Counted from the stretch's first letter, positions 1-10,082 are shown. The stretch is DNA of 64,000 nucleotides from an uncultured Gaiellaceae bacterium (GCA_963783705.1 CAWAOK010000002.1:29149-93148); one strand, 5' to 3'. A program made the numbers and translations. Notes: generated from the letters alone by a model not told the origin.

Positions 1-993
1 CGCGTAGCCGTACGCGCCGATCCCGGCAGCGAGGAACATGTAGCCGATCTGCGACATCGTCGAGTACGCGATGACGCGCTTGATGTCCCATTGCACGAGC
101 GCGACCACCCCCGCGACGAGCAAGGTGATCGCGCCGAGGATCGCGGCGAGGTGCTGCACGTCGGGCGCCGCCTCGAAGATCGGGCTCGCGCGCACGAGGA
201 GGTAGACGCCGGCGGTCACCATCGTCGCCGCGTGGATGAGCGCGGAGACCGGCGTGGGGCCTTCCATTGCATCGGGAAGCCATGTGTGGAGCGGGATCTG
301 CGCCGACTTCGCCACAGCACCGCCGAGCAGTCCGAGCGCGACGAGATTCACGGTCGTCGACGACATCGAGTCGACGTCCTCGAACACGCCAAGGAACTCC
401 AGCGTGCCCGTCTCCCAGATGAGCAGCACGAGGCCGAGTGCGAGCGTCGCGTCGCCGATGGCGTTCATCACGAACGCCTTCTTCGCGGCCGCGACGGCCT
501 CCGGCTTGTGGTGCCAGAACCCGATCAGCAGGTACGACGCGAGGCCGACGAGGCCCCAGCCGACGAGCAGGAGCAGGAAGTTCCCCGCCTGCACGAGCAG
601 GAGCATCGAGAAGACGAAGAGCGACATGTAGGCGAAGTAGCGACGCTCCTCGTCGTCGCCTTCCATGTAGCCCATCGAGTACCAGACGATGAGCCCGCCG
701 ACGCCGGAGACGATGAGCATCATCGTGCTCGAGAGCGTGTCGAGCAGGATCTGCAGCTCGACCTGGAAGTCGCCCGACTCGAGCCAGGTGTAGGCGGTCG
801 AGACGACCTCGCGGTCGCCGTGCCCCTCGGCCCAGAGGCCGACGAATGCGACCAGCGCGCCACCGAACGCGACGAACGTCGTCAGCGTCGATATCCGCGC
901 GGCCGTCTTGCGAGAGATGCGCGTTCCGGCGAGCGTGATCGCGACCGCTCCCACGAGGGGAGACAGAAGGCAGATCCAGGCGCCGGCGACCAT
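1..993 (-). CDS. nuoL: NADH-quinone oxidoreductase subunit L, N-terminal part (gene runs off the left edge)
   Basis: Manual minus-strand translation from ATG at 993 gives MVAGAWICLLSPLVGAV...LLVGWGLVGLASYLLIGFWHHKPEAVAAAKKAFVMNAIGD...AKSAQIPLHTWLPDAMEGPTPVSALIHAATMV, the NuoL/ND5 core. The frame is open to position 1. Absent from the ORF track because it is edge-truncated. Confidence 0.9.
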   Translation of the reverse strand, partial: MVAGAWICLLSPLVGAVAITLAGTRISRKTAARISTLTTFVAFGGALVAFVGLWAEGHGDREVVSTAYTWLESGDFQVELQILLDTLSSTMMLIVSGVGGLIVWYSMGYMEGDDEERRYFAYMSLFVFSMLLLVQAGNFLLLLVGWGLVGLASYLLIGFWHHKPEAVAAAKKAFVMNAIGDATLALGLVLLIWETGTLEFLGVFEDVDSMSSTTVNLVALGLLGGAVAKSAQIPLHTWLPDAMEGPTPVSALIHAATMVTAGVYLLVRASPIFEAAPDVQHLAAILGAITLLVAGVVALVQWDIKRVIAYSTMSQIGYMFLAAGIGAYGYA

Positions 994-1266
994 CTATTCG
1001 TCTTCAGCCCAGTCGTCCGAGTCCGGCTGCTCGGACCGGACGATGAGCATCTCCCGCCCTCCGAGCTCGCGCAGATGCGTGTTCACGAGACGCCCGATCA
1101 GCTGCAGGAGCTCGCGCTCTGCATCGTCACCGGGAGAGAACTTCAACTCGAGCGCGCCCGCCTCTGGAAGGGTCACTTCGACCGTCGCTTCTCCGAACCA
1201 GAAGTTGAACGACTCGAAATCGACCACGATCGGCATGGCCTGTTCCATCTCATCGTGAGCGCTCAT
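994..1266 (-). CDS. Hypothetical 90-aa acidic protein encoded between nuoK and nuoL
   Basis: C-terminal part of track ORF 994..1854: MSAHDEMEQAMPIVVDFESFNFWFGEATVEVTLPEAGALELKFSPGDDAERELLQLIGRLVNTHLRELGGREMLIVRSEQPDSDDWAEDE. Its ATG overlaps the nuoK stop (ATGA). Its TAG is immediately followed by the nuoL ATG. Third codon positions are GC-rich like the neighbouring genes. Confidence 0.6.
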   Translation of the reverse strand: MSAHDEMEQAMPIVVDFESFNFWFGEATVEVTLPEAGALELKFSPGDDAERELLQLIGRLVNTHLRELGGREMLIVRSEQPDSDDWAEDE

Positions 1267-1571
1267 CCTCGGAGGGCGCTTGCCTGGTCGACGTCGAGAA
1301 GCATGTGGCGCCGCGCCATCGCGACGATGAGGCCGAGGCCGATCGCGACCTCTGCCGCAGCGACTGCCATCACCGCGAGCGCGAAGATCTGCCCGCCGAG
1401 ATCGCCCTGCTGGCGTGCGAACGCGATCAGCGTGAGGTTCGCCGCGTTCAGCATGAGCTCGAGGGAGAGGAGGACGATGAGCGGGCTTCGCCGCATCATC
1501 ACGCCGAGCGCGCCGATGCCGAACAGCATCGCGGCCACGATGAGGTACCAACCCACATCGGGGCCGTCCAT
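1263..1571 (-). CDS. nuoK: NADH-quinone oxidoreductase subunit K
   Basis: 102-aa C-terminal part of ORF 1263..2156: MDGPDVGWYLIVAAMLFGIGALGVMMRRSPLIVLLSLELMLNAANLTLIAF..., a typical three-helix NuoK. ATG at 1569-1571 overlaps the nuoJ stop. Confidence 0.9.
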   Translation of the reverse strand: MDGPDVGWYLIVAAMLFGIGALGVMMRRSPLIVLLSLELMLNAANLTLIAFARQQGDLGGQIFALAVMAVAAAEVAIGLGLIVAMARRHMLLDVDQASALRG

Positions 1572-2104
1572 CAGGCGACCTCCTCGTCCTTCTCGCGCGT
1601 CGTCCCGAGGACGACGCCGCCGATCGCCGCGACGAGCAGCACGATCGAGGTGATCTCGAACGCGAGCAGGTGATCCGTGAGGAAAGCTTCGCCGATCGCT
1701 GCAGGGCTCCCGAACGAGTCGGACACGTCCGCGGGGTCCGTGAGGCTGTCGCCCCAGGCGAGACCGAGGACGACCACGACCTCGACGAGAAGGGCCACCG
1801 CGGCGACGACTGCCGCTCCGCGTAGGAGCGGCGGCCCGCCGGCCCACGGAGCATCCGCGCGGCCGCCGAGATAGGCCACCACGAAGAGGAACATGACCAT
1901 CACGGCGCCGGCGTAGACGAGCACCTGTGCCGCAGCGAGGAACTGGGCCGAAAGCAGGAGGAACAGCACGGCGAGCGACGCGAGGTTCCCGATGAGCGCG
2001 AGCGCCGAGTAGAAGGGGTTCGTCATGCTCACGACCGCCACGCCCGTCCCGAGACACGCGCCCGCGGCGAGGAACCAGATGATCCAGACCACGACGTTGC
2101 CCAC
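1571..2104 (-). CDS. nuoJ: NADH-quinone oxidoreductase subunit J
   Basis: Hydrophobic NuoJ-like sequence VGNVVVWIIWFLAAGACLGTGVAVVSMTNPFYSALALIGNLASLAVLFLLLSAQFLAAAQVLVYAGAVMVMFLFV. An in-frame GTG at 2102-2104 lies just after the nuoI stop. Operon position fits. Confidence 0.85.
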   Translation of the reverse strand: MGNVVVWIIWFLAAGACLGTGVAVVSMTNPFYSALALIGNLASLAVLFLLLSAQFLAAAQVLVYAGAVMVMFLFVVAYLGGRADAPWAGGPPLLRGAAVVAAVALLVEVVVVLGLAWGDSLTDPADVSDSFGSPAAIGEAFLTDHLLAFEITSIVLLVAAIGGVVLGTTREKDEEVA

Positions 2105-2106
2105 GT

Positions 2107-2604
2107 CTAGCTGCTCGTCTTGTAGGAGGGCTCGGGCGTGTCGAAGCGCTCGGCATCGGCGACCGGGACGCGCTTGATCGGCTCCGCGAGGAGCATGTCC
2201 TTGGTGTAGATGAGGTCGTCGCGCGAGTACTCGGCGATCTCGAACTCGTTGCCGAGCGTGATCGCGTCGAATGGGCACGCGAGCTCGCAGTAGCCGCAGA
2301 AGATGCAGCGGCTCATGTTGATCTCGTAGATGCGCGCGTACCGCTCTCCGGCGGAGACGCGGTTCTCGGCGGTGTTCTCCTCTGCGACGACCCGGATGCA
2401 ATCCGCGGGGCATGCCGCCGCGCAGAGCGAGCAGCCGACGCACTTCTCGAGGCCGTTCTCGTGCTTCCAGAGCCGATGCCGGCCGCGGAAGCGCGGATAC
2501 ACCGGGCGCTTGTACTCCGGGTACTGCTGCGTGATCGGCTTCCGGAAGATCTGCCGGAAGGTCACGCCGAACCCCTTGAGCGTGCCGACTCCGCGGGAGG
2601 TCAC
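2107..2604 (-). CDS. nuoI: NADH-quinone oxidoreductase subunit I (2x[4Fe-4S] ferredoxin-type)
   Basis: Two CxxCxxCxxxCP motifs ([12 protein letters not shown] and [12 protein letters not shown]). Length and operon position fit. Confidence 0.95.
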   Translation of the reverse strand: MTSRGVGTLKGFGVTFRQIFRKPITQQYPEYKRPVYPRFRGRHRLWKHENGLEKCVGCSLCAAACPADCIRVVAEENTAENRVSAGERYARIYEINMSRCIFCGYCELACPFDAITLGNEFEIAEYSRDDLIYTKDMLLAEPIKRVPVADAERFDTPEPSYKTSS

Positions 2605-3605
2605 AGTGCCACCACCAGGATCGCCGTGATCACGGCGTTGATCGTCGCTACCGGGAGCAGCACCTTCCAGCCGAAGGACATCAGCTGGTCATACCGCAGT
2701 CGCGGCAGCGTCGTGCGCATCCAGATGAAGAGGAAGAGGAGGAAGACGAGCTTGCCGATGAACCACAGCGGACCCGTCCACGACGGCCCGTCGAACCCGG
2801 GGCCGTGCCAACCGCCGAGGAAGAGGGTCACGCACAACGCGGAGAGCGTGATCAGGTTGATGTACTCGGACATCGAGAAGAGGCCGAAGCGCATGCCGCC
2901 GTACTCGGTGTGGTAGCCGGCGACGAGCTCCTGCTCGGCTTCCGGAAGATCGAACGGCGCACGGGCCGTCTCGGCCGTGCCCGCGAGCAGGAAGACGATC
3001 AGCCCGATGAACTGCGGTGCTGCGTACCACCATGTGTCGTCCTGCGCGGCGACGATCTCCGTGAGCGAGAGCGTTCCGGCCATGATCACGATGCCGAGGA
3101 CGGAGAGCGCGAGCGAGACCTCGTACGAGACGAGCTGGGCGCAGGTGCGCATGGAGCCGAGGAGCGCGTACTTCGAGTCCGACGACCAGCCGCCGAGGAT
3201 GAAGCCGTACACGCCGATGGAGCCGACGGCGAAGATCAGGATCAGGGCGATGTCGAGGTCGGCAACCTGACCCGGGACGTACACGCCGCCGATCTCCCAG
3301 CCGGAGCCGAACGGGATCACGGAGAACGTCACGAGGGCGGTGAACGTCGCCAGGAACGGCCCGAGGATGAACGCCCAGTTGATGGCCTCGGTCGGCTGGA
3401 AGCTCTCCTTGTTCAGCAGCTTCAGGAGGTCGGCGATCGGCTGCAGCATTCCGCGCGGGCCGGCGCGGTTCGGTCCGTAGCGAAGCTGCATGCGCGCCAT
3501 GACCTTCCGCTCGGCGAGCGTCAGGTAGGCGAAGGTCACCATCACCAGGTTGATGACGATGACCGCCTGGATGAGGCTCACCCACCACTCGACGGGCTGG
3601 GTCAC
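2601..3605 (-). CDS. nuoH: NADH-quinone oxidoreductase subunit H
   Basis: [33 protein letters not shown] and other NuoH/ND1 signatures. Polytopic membrane protein. Confidence 0.95.
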   Translation of the reverse strand: MTQPVEWWVSLIQAVIVINLVMVTFAYLTLAERKVMARMQLRYGPNRAGPRGMLQPIADLLKLLNKESFQPTEAINWAFILGPFLATFTALVTFSVIPFGSGWEIGGVYVPGQVADLDIALILIFAVGSIGVYGFILGGWSSDSKYALLGSMRTCAQLVSYEVSLALSVLGIVIMAGTLSLTEIVAAQDDTWWYAAPQFIGLIVFLLAGTAETARAPFDLPEAEQELVAGYHTEYGGMRFGLFSMSEYINLITLSALCVTLFLGGWHGPGFDGPSWTGPLWFIGKLVFLLFLFIWMRTTLPRLRYDQLMSFGWKVLLPVATINAVITAILVVAL

Positions 3606-5815
3606 GGCTTTACGACCTCGACCGTCGGGTGGAGATCGCCCGCGTGCTCGTCGGCGATACGCGCGACGCCTTCGATCAGCTTGCGGTTGACGCGTGCGCG
3701 CAGCTCGACGGATGTGCCGTTCGAGCGCACGACGACCTGATCGCCGTTCGCGATTCCGAGCGACTCGGCGTCCCGGGCGGACAGCTCGACATCGCGACCC
3801 GGGCGCTGGAAGCCGAGCTCGGGGACACGCTCGACCGCTGGGCCTGAGAACAGCGGTCGGTAGCGCTGAAGTCTCAACGCACCTCCTGCCTCGTCCGGCG
3901 GAGCCGGCGTGGTCGCCGGTTCGGGCACGACGTACGGCTGTCGTGCGGGAAGCGGTGCGTGCAGCCCGATGTCCTCATGGGTCAGGTCGCGGAAGAGGTG
4001 CTCGGACAGGTCCGCGAAGACGCCCATCGCGTGCGGTGGGACGTCGACGTCGAAGCGAGCCGCGAGGTTCGAGATCCAGGCCAGCTCGTCGGGGCAGGGA
4101 GGGGGAACGGCGCGGCGGAGGCGCTGCACGCGGCCTTCGAGGTTCATGGAGGTTCCGTCACGCTCGAGTGAGGCGGTCGCCGGAAGGATCAGGTCAGCCC
4201 AGCCACCGGCAAGCTCGTGGAACATCGTGAGGACGAGTACGCGGTTCGCGCTCTCCGCGAGCGCACGTACGTCGGCGCTCGCGGCAGCCTCGTCGCCCGA
4301 CACGATCAGCAGCTCGATCGGCTCCGGATTCGTCTCGTCGGCGTCCGCCGACACTGCCCAACCGAGCGCCACGCCCCGCGGATTCGATGCGGCGGGAAGA
4401 TGGAACGCGCCGCTGCCAGGCTTCGCTTCGAGCGCGAGCTCGTGTGCGAGCTCCGCAATGCGCGCGCCGCCGCCTCCCCCGGTGCCCGACCAGACGAGAA
4501 CCACCCGTTCGGATGCGCTCAGCCTCTTCGCAAGGTCGCTCCGCCCGGACCCCAGCTCGCGGCAGGTCTCCGCACCGGAGCCGGGAGCGGTCTTCTGGGT
4601 GCCCGTCGGCGAGAAGACGACGATCTCGGCCCCACGCCTGCGGGCCTCCATAATCCAGAGGTCGACGATCGGCGCGCGCTCCACGACCGGCTCGTCGCCG
4701 ACCACGACGACGATCTCCGCCTCGGCGATCCCGCTCAGTGGCAGGCGGAAGGCCTCGAGCGCGTCCGACGTGGCCTCGGGGAGCACGGCCGAGTGCGCAG
4801 CGAGCCCGCCGCGCAGCAAACGCCCGAGCGCGTATGCGATCTCGGTGGTCTCCGAGCCCGAGAACGCCGTCACGATCGACCCGGCGGACTCGCGCAGCAT
4901 CGTCTCGGCCTCGTCGAGCGCATCGTCCCAGGAGACCTCCTCGAGCCCCTTCTTTCCGCGCCGCAACGGTGTCGTTATCCGGTCCTCGGCTCGCAGGTGC
5001 GGGTACGAGTAGCGGCCCTTGTCGCAGAGCCAGCCGCGGTCGACCTCCGGATGATTGCGCGAGAGAATCCGCCTGACCTTGCCCTCGCGGATCGTCGTCG
5101 ACGTGTTGCAGCCGACCCCGCAGCCGGTGCACACGGTGGGCACGTTCTGGATGTCCCACGGCCGGGCGTCGAAGCGGTAGAGCGTGGAGGTGAGCGCGCC
5201 GACGGGGCAGAGCTCGACGACGTTGCCGGAGAAGGGCGAGCGATACGGCTCGTCCTCGAAGGTCGCGATCTCCGTCCGCGCGCCGCGATTGCGCGCGATC
5301 AGCTGGCCGTCCTCGGCGACGTCTTCCGAGAACCGCGTACAGCGGTAGCAGAGGATGCAGCGCTCGCGGTCGAGCGCGATCAGCGGCGAGACGGGGATCG
5401 GCTTGTCGACGGTGAGCTTCGCGAACGACATGCGCGTATTGCCAGGCCCGTGACGGAACGTGAGATCCTGCAGCGGGCACTCGCCACCCTTGTCGCAGAC
5501 GGGGCAGTCGAGCGGGTGGTTCACGAGGATGAACTCGAGCGTCGCCTCCTGTCCCTCCGCGGCCTTTGCCGAGGTCGCGCTCGTCTTGATGATCATCCCG
5601 TCCGTCACGGTGAGGGTGCAGCCGGCCTGAAGCTTCGGCATCCCCTCGATCTCGACGAGGCACATGCGGCACGCACCGACGGGCGGCCCGAGCCGCGGCT
5701 CGTAGCAGAACACCGGAATCTCGATCCCGGCTGCCTGCGCCGCCTCGACGAGGCCCGTCCCCTTCGGGACCTCGACCTGGCGGTCGTCCACGGTCACGGC
5801 GAAGAGCTCAGACAT
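3602..5815 (-). CDS. nuoG: NADH-quinone oxidoreductase subunit G (75-kDa Fe-S subunit)
   Basis: From the internal ATG: MSELFAVTVDDRQVEVPKGTGLVEAAQAAGIEIPVFCYEPRLGPPVGACRMCLVEIEG, with 2Fe-2S and 4Fe-4S cysteine motifs and a molybdopterin-like domain. ATG at 5815 overlaps the nuoF stop by 8 nt. The upstream 43 codons of the track ORF look non-coding. Confidence 0.9.
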   Translation of the reverse strand: MSELFAVTVDDRQVEVPKGTGLVEAAQAAGIEIPVFCYEPRLGPPVGACRMCLVEIEGMPKLQAGCTLTVTDGMIIKTSATSAKAAEGQEATLEFILVNHPLDCPVCDKGGECPLQDLTFRHGPGNTRMSFAKLTVDKPIPVSPLIALDRERCILCYRCTRFSEDVAEDGQLIARNRGARTEIATFEDEPYRSPFSGNVVELCPVGALTSTLYRFDARPWDIQNVPTVCTGCGVGCNTSTTIREGKVRRILSRNHPEVDRGWLCDKGRYSYPHLRAEDRITTPLRRGKKGLEEVSWDDALDEAETMLRESAGSIVTAFSGSETTEIAYALGRLLRGGLAAHSAVLPEATSDALEAFRLPLSGIAEAEIVVVVGDEPVVERAPIVDLWIMEARRRGAEIVVFSPTGTQKTAPGSGAETCRELGSGRSDLAKRLSASERVVLVWSGTGGGGGARIAELAHELALEAKPGSGAFHLPAASNPRGVALGWAVSADADETNPEPIELLIVSGDEAAASADVRALAESANRVLVLTMFHELAGGWADLILPATASLERDGTSMNLEGRVQRLRRAVPPPCPDELAWISNLAARFDVDVPPHAMGVFADLSEHLFRDLTHEDIGLHAPLPARQPYVVPEPATTPAPPDEAGGALRLQRYRPLFSGPAVERVPELGFQRPGRDVELSARDAESLGIANGDQVVVRSNGTSVELRARVNRKLIEGVARIADEHAGDLHPTVEVVKP

Positions 5816-7136
5816 GAGCTGTCTCGTGCCCGTGGCTCTCGTGCATCTCGGACGGGGCGAGGATCCCCTCGAGGGACGACTCGCCGTCGAAGGGGCAGCG
5901 GCCGAGGTCGATGTGCGCCTGGTACTCGTCGCGAAAGCGGTCAACGTAGCTGAGCACCGCGATCGCGTCCGAGTCGCCGAGCGGACACAGGCACTTGCCC
6001 ATGATCCGGTCGCAGACCGAGAGGAGCAGATCGAGATCCGCCTGTCCCGCGCGGCCGTCCTCGATCTTCTGGAGGATCTGCGTGACCCACTTCGTGCCGA
6101 CGCGGCACGGCGTGCATTTCCCGCACGACTCGTGCTCGTAGAACTGCGACACGCGGATGCCGAGCTGCACCATGCAGCAGCGATCGTCGATGACGATCAC
6201 GCCTGCCGAGCCGATCGACGAGCCGGCCTCGACGAGCGACGTGAAGTCCATCGCCGTGTCGATGTCGTCTGCTGTGAGCACCGATGTCGAGGAGCCGCCC
6301 GGGATGACCGCCTTCAGCTCGCGTCCGTTCGGCACGCCTCCGCCCACGTCGTAGATGAGCTCGCGCATCGAGATCCCGTGCGGAAGCTCGTAGTTGCCTG
6401 GGTTCGCCACGTCACCCGAGAGCGAGAAGACGCGCGTCCCGGTCGAGTTCTCCACGCCGAGCTTCGCGTACTCCGCGCCGCCCATCTCGAGGACGGGTGT
6501 GACAGTGGTGATCGACTCGACATTGTTGACCGCGGTGGGCGCGGCGTAGAGGCCTGCGATCGCGGGAAACGGCGGCTTCGTCCGCGGCTGTCCGCGCTTA
6601 CCCTCGAGCGACTCGAGAAGCGCGGTCTCCTCACCGCAGATGTATGCGCCTGCACCTCGGTGGAGCACGACGGTGACGCCGCCGAGCAGGTCAGCCTTGC
6701 GCATCGCCTCGAGCGAATCGCGGAGAATCTCGAATTCGCGCTCGTATTCACCGCGGATGTAGATGAAGACGTGCTGCGACTGGATCCCGTGCGCCGAGAT
6801 GAGGCAGCCCTCGAGGAAGCGGAACGGGACGCGCAACATGATCTCGCGGTCCTTGAAGCTCCCCGGCTCCGACTCGTCGGCGTTCACGACGAGGTAGTGC
6901 GGTTTGGCGAGCTGGTCGGGCTTCGGGACGAACGACCACTTGCGTCCCGTCGGGAAGAACGCGCCGCCGCGGCCGCGCAGGCCCGAGGCGTCGAGCTCGG
7001 CGATGACCGCGTCAGGTTCCAGCGCGCGGGCCTTTCGCAGCGCCGAGAAGCCGCCTCGGGCGACGTAGTCGTCAAGGTCGAGCACTGCGCCGCCGTCGGT
7101 TCCGGCGAAAACGATCTGCGGATACTCAGGCACCAC
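5808..7136 (-). CDS. nuoF: NADH-quinone oxidoreductase subunit F (FMN/NADH-binding)
   Basis: GLRGRGGAFFPTGRKWSF, the ICGEETALLESLEG motif and a C-terminal 4Fe-4S CGKCTPCR motif. Confidence 0.95.
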   Translation of the reverse strand: MVPEYPQIVFAGTDGGAVLDLDDYVARGGFSALRKARALEPDAVIAELDASGLRGRGGAFFPTGRKWSFVPKPDQLAKPHYLVVNADESEPGSFKDREIMLRVPFRFLEGCLISAHGIQSQHVFIYIRGEYEREFEILRDSLEAMRKADLLGGVTVVLHRGAGAYICGEETALLESLEGKRGQPRTKPPFPAIAGLYAAPTAVNNVESITTVTPVLEMGGAEYAKLGVENSTGTRVFSLSGDVANPGNYELPHGISMRELIYDVGGGVPNGRELKAVIPGGSSTSVLTADDIDTAMDFTSLVEAGSSIGSAGVIVIDDRCCMVQLGIRVSQFYEHESCGKCTPCRVGTKWVTQILQKIEDGRAGQADLDLLLSVCDRIMGKCLCPLGDSDAIAVLSYVDRFRDEYQAHIDLGRCPFDGESSLEGILAPSEMHESHGHETAHV

Positions 7137-7590
7137 GTAGCTCCTCGACGATCCCCGGCACGTCGTCCGCCTTCACGCGCAGGCGGTGGCGGTTGTCGAT
7201 GGCGACGATCGTCGCCCAGCCGCACCCACCGAGGCACTCGATCGTGCCGAGCGTGAAGGCGCCGTCCTCCGAGGTCGAGCCGGCGGAGATGCCCAGCTCG
7301 CGCTCGAACGCCTCGACCACCTGCTGCGCCCCGGCCAGCCCGCACGAGACGTTCGTGCAGACCTCGATCCGCCGGCGCCCCACGGGCTCGAGGTAGTACT
7401 GGTCGTAGAACGATGCGATCGAGAGGCAGTACGCCGGCGTGAGGTCGAGCCCGTCCGCGACCTCGCGAATCGCGTCCGGCGACAGCCAGCCGCCGTTCTC
7501 GACCTGCGCGAGCTGGAGCGCTGGCATGACTGCCGAGAGGGAGTCGGGGTAGCGCGTGCGCAGCTTCTGGATCTCGGTGGTCACGCTCAT
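7126..7590 (-). CDS. nuoE: NADH-quinone oxidoreductase subunit E (2Fe-2S)
   Basis: MSVTTEIQKLRTRYPDSLSAVMPALQLAQ...CTNVSCGLAGA...CLGGCGWA. ATG at 7588-7590 overlaps the nuoD stop (ATGA). Confidence 0.9.
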   Translation of the reverse strand: MSVTTEIQKLRTRYPDSLSAVMPALQLAQVENGGWLSPDAIREVADGLDLTPAYCLSIASFYDQYYLEPVGRRRIEVCTNVSCGLAGAQQVVEAFERELGISAGSTSEDGAFTLGTIECLGGCGWATIVAIDNRHRLRVKADDVPGIVEELRGA

Positions 7591-8855
7591 CGGTCTGCGT
7601 CTCCCATCACCGGATCGAGTGACCCGCCGGCCGCGATGAGGTCGGCGATGAGGAGCTCCTGCACGATCGTCGCGGTCGCCTGCAGCGCCGCGAAGCTCGG
7701 CGCGCGGAACTTCACGCGCCACGGCCGCGCACCGCCGTCGGACACGAGGTAGCAGCCGTTCTCCCCGCGCGGCGACTCGATCGCGACGTAGACCTCGCCC
7801 TCGGGGACCGTGAAGCCCTCGGTGACGATCTTGAAGTGGTGGATGAGCGACTCCATCGAGGTATGGAGCTCGTGACGCGGCGGTAGGACGACCTTGCGGT
7901 CGTCGGCGATCCACGGCTCGCCGTCCATCTCGTCGAGGCGGTCGAGGCACTGACGGACGATGCGCACCGATTCGCGCATCTCGTCCATGTGGACGCGGTA
8001 GCGGTCGTAGACGTCACCGCCACCGTAGACGGGCACGTCGAACTCGACCTCGTCGTACGCCAGGTACGGCATGTCGCGCCGGAGATCCCAGTCGACACCT
8101 GTCGAGCGCAGCATCGGCCCGGACTGTGCGAGTGCGAGCGCGTCGTCCGAGGAGAGCAGTCCGACGCCCTGCGTTCGCTCGAGCCAGATCGCGTTGCGAT
8201 CGAGGATCGCCTCGTACTCGTCGACAGACTTCGGCATCGACTCGCAGAACGTCCGCGCCTCGCTCGTGAAATCGGGCGGGAGATCCTCGGCGATGCCGCC
8301 GACCTGGACGTAGCGCGTGTGCATCCGCGTCCCGCCCGCCATCTCGAAGAGGTCGAGGATCTGGTCGCGGTCGTCGAAGCAGTACCAGAACAGCGAGATC
8401 GCCCCGAGCTCGAGGGCCGACGTGCCGAGCCACACGAGGTGCGAGTGGATGCGGTTGAGCTCGGCCAGCGCCATCCGCGCCCAGGTCGCGCGGCGCGGCA
8501 CCTCGATTTCGAGGAGCTTCTCGATCGCGAGCACGTACAGGAGTTCGTTCGCGTGAAACGAGACGTAGTCGATCCGTGGCGCGTACGTGACCGACTTCCA
8601 CCACGACTTGTGCTCCATGTTCTTCTCGAAGCCGGTGTGGAGGTAGCCGATGACCGCGCGGATTCCCGCCACCGTCTCGCCGTCGAGGTCGACGACGAGG
8701 CGAAGGACACCGTGCGTCGACGGATGGTTCGGTCCGAAGTTGACGCGCAGGATGTCCTCGAGGCGATGCTTCTCGGGATCGACCTCGAGGATCGTCGGGA
8801 CGGGGTGCGGGATGCGCGTCCCTTCGTAGATGCGCGTGGACGGCAGGACCGACAT
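7587..8855 (-). CDS. nuoD: NADH-quinone oxidoreductase subunit D
   Basis: NFGPNHPSTHGVLRLVVDLDGE and the rest of the conserved 49-kDa subunit sequence. Confidence 0.95.
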   Translation of the reverse strand: MSVLPSTRIYEGTRIPHPVPTILEVDPEKHRLEDILRVNFGPNHPSTHGVLRLVVDLDGETVAGIRAVIGYLHTGFEKNMEHKSWWKSVTYAPRIDYVSFHANELLYVLAIEKLLEIEVPRRATWARMALAELNRIHSHLVWLGTSALELGAISLFWYCFDDRDQILDLFEMAGGTRMHTRYVQVGGIAEDLPPDFTSEARTFCESMPKSVDEYEAILDRNAIWLERTQGVGLLSSDDALALAQSGPMLRSTGVDWDLRRDMPYLAYDEVEFDVPVYGGGDVYDRYRVHMDEMRESVRIVRQCLDRLDEMDGEPWIADDRKVVLPPRHELHTSMESLIHHFKIVTEGFTVPEGEVYVAIESPRGENGCYLVSDGGARPWRVKFRAPSFAALQATATIVQELLIADLIAAGGSLDPVMGDADR

Positions 8856-9403
8856 CAGTCTTCGTCCGAGAAGCGCACGGGCTCGCCGCCCAGCGGATAG
8901 TCCTTGCGGAGGGGATGTCCCTCCCAGTCCTCGGGCATGAGGATGCGGACGAGGTTCGCGTGGCCCTCGAAGCGGATGCCCATCATGTCGAAGGCCTCAC
9001 GCTCGAACCAGTCCGCGGCCGGCCAGACGGGAAGGACGCTTGCGATCGGCTCGCCGTCGTCGAGCCACGCCTGCACGCGCAGGCGAACCGGATCGTCGTT
9101 CACGCGCAGGAGGTGGTAGGAGACCGAGAAGCGCTTCGGCTTCGGCAGAGGAACCCGCGCGAGCCCCTGGGAGCCGGGCATGTGGATGTCGCGCCCCGCG
9201 TTCGTGCCGATGTAGCCGGCGACCTCCTGCTCGCCCCAGCCGAGGTAGTCGGCCGCGGCGATGTCGGAGAGAAAGTTGAAGCCGTGCTCGTCGCGCAGCG
9301 CCGTGCATGCCTCGACGAGCCGTGCGGGATCGACGACGAGCGTCGTCTCGCCGAACGAATCGCGGGTCTCGACGACGCCGGGCACTCCCGCGTACGTCGT
9401 CAC
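8855..9403 (-). CDS. nuoC: NADH-quinone oxidoreductase subunit C
   Basis: NuoC/30-kDa motifs (WFEREAFDMMGIRFEGH, LRKDYPL). I placed the start at an in-frame GTG (9401-9403) preceded by GGAG. The longer track ORF would read through the REP hairpin at 9417-9444. Confidence 0.85.
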   Translation of the reverse strand: MTTYAGVPGVVETRDSFGETTLVVDPARLVEACTALRDEHGFNFLSDIAAADYLGWGEQEVAGYIGTNAGRDIHMPGSQGLARVPLPKPKRFSVSYHLLRVNDDPVRLRVQAWLDDGEPIASVLPVWPAADWFEREAFDMMGIRFEGHANLVRILMPEDWEGHPLRKDYPLGGEPVRFSDED

Positions 9404-9416
9404 TGCGCGTCTCCGC

Positions 9417-9444
9417 GTAGGGGCGAGATACATCTCGCCCCTAC
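9417..9444. repeat. GTAG-headed palindromic REP-like hairpin (family P1), copy 1
   Basis: GTAGGGGCGAGA-TACA-TCTCGCCCCTAC, lying between the nuoB stop and the nuoC start. Confidence 0.85.
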
Positions 9445-9458
9445 CGCCAAAACCGCCG

Positions 9459-10082
9459 TCACTCCGCGACCCCGCGGATCTCGTACGCGGGCGGAACGCC
9501 GCCACGGATCTTCTCGTGCAGGCGCACGATCCCCTCCATCAGCGCCTCCGGCCGGGGCGGGCAGCCGGGGACGTGGATGTCGACGGGGACGATCTTGTCG
9601 ACGCCCTGGAGGATGGTGTAGTTGTTGAACATCCCGCCGGAGCTCGCGCACGCCCCCATTGCGATGACCCACTTCGGCTCGAGCATCTGGTCGTACACCT
9701 GGCGCAGCGGCGGCGCCATCTTGTGCGTGACTCTTCCGGAGATGATCAGCAGGTCCGCCTGACGCGGCGACGACGAGAACCGCTCCATCCCGAAGCGCGC
9801 GATGTCGTAGCGCGACGAGACGATCGACATCATCTCGATCGCGCAGCAGGCGAGCCCGAACGTGTCCGGCCACATCGAGTTCGACTGCGCCCACGCGACG
9901 GCCTTCTCGACCGTCGTGAGCAGGAGCGCATCCTCCATCTCCTGCACCTCACGTTCGAACACACCCGGCCCGCGATCGGGCCAGAGCACGCGCTCGGACT
10001 GGAGGCCTGCCTTGGCGAGCGGGCGGTCGCTCACGACCGGCAGCTCTCTTCTCACTGCCAGTTGAGAGCCCCCTTTCGCCAC
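9459..10082 (-). CDS. nuoB: NADH-quinone oxidoreductase subunit B
   Basis: [21 protein letters not shown] and [12 protein letters not shown] motifs (N2 cluster ligands). The longest start overlaps nuoA by 31 nt, so the true start may be further downstream. Confidence 0.9.
   Translation of the reverse strand: MAKGGSQLAVRRELPVVSDRPLAKAGLQSERVLWPDRGPGVFEREVQEMEDALLLTTVEKAVAWAQSNSMWPDTFGLACCAIEMMSIVSSRYDIARFGMERFSSSPRQADLLIISGRVTHKMAPPLRQVYDQMLEPKWVIAMGACASSGGMFNNYTILQGVDKIVPVDIHVPGCPPRPEALMEGIVRLHEKIRGGVPPAYEIRGVAE

Noticed and set aside
91-1653. 520-aa plus-strand ORF overlapping nuoL, nuoK and nuoJ
   Set aside because: Extremely Arg/Asp/Glu/His-rich, low-complexity translation lying antisense to well-supported nuo genes. 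This is a typical shadow ORF in GC-rich DNA.
9459-10082. Unusual 31-nt nuoA/nuoB overlap as a feature of interest
   Set aside because: Most likely just over-extension of the nuoB ORF to the longest start. Downstream in-frame starts exist.
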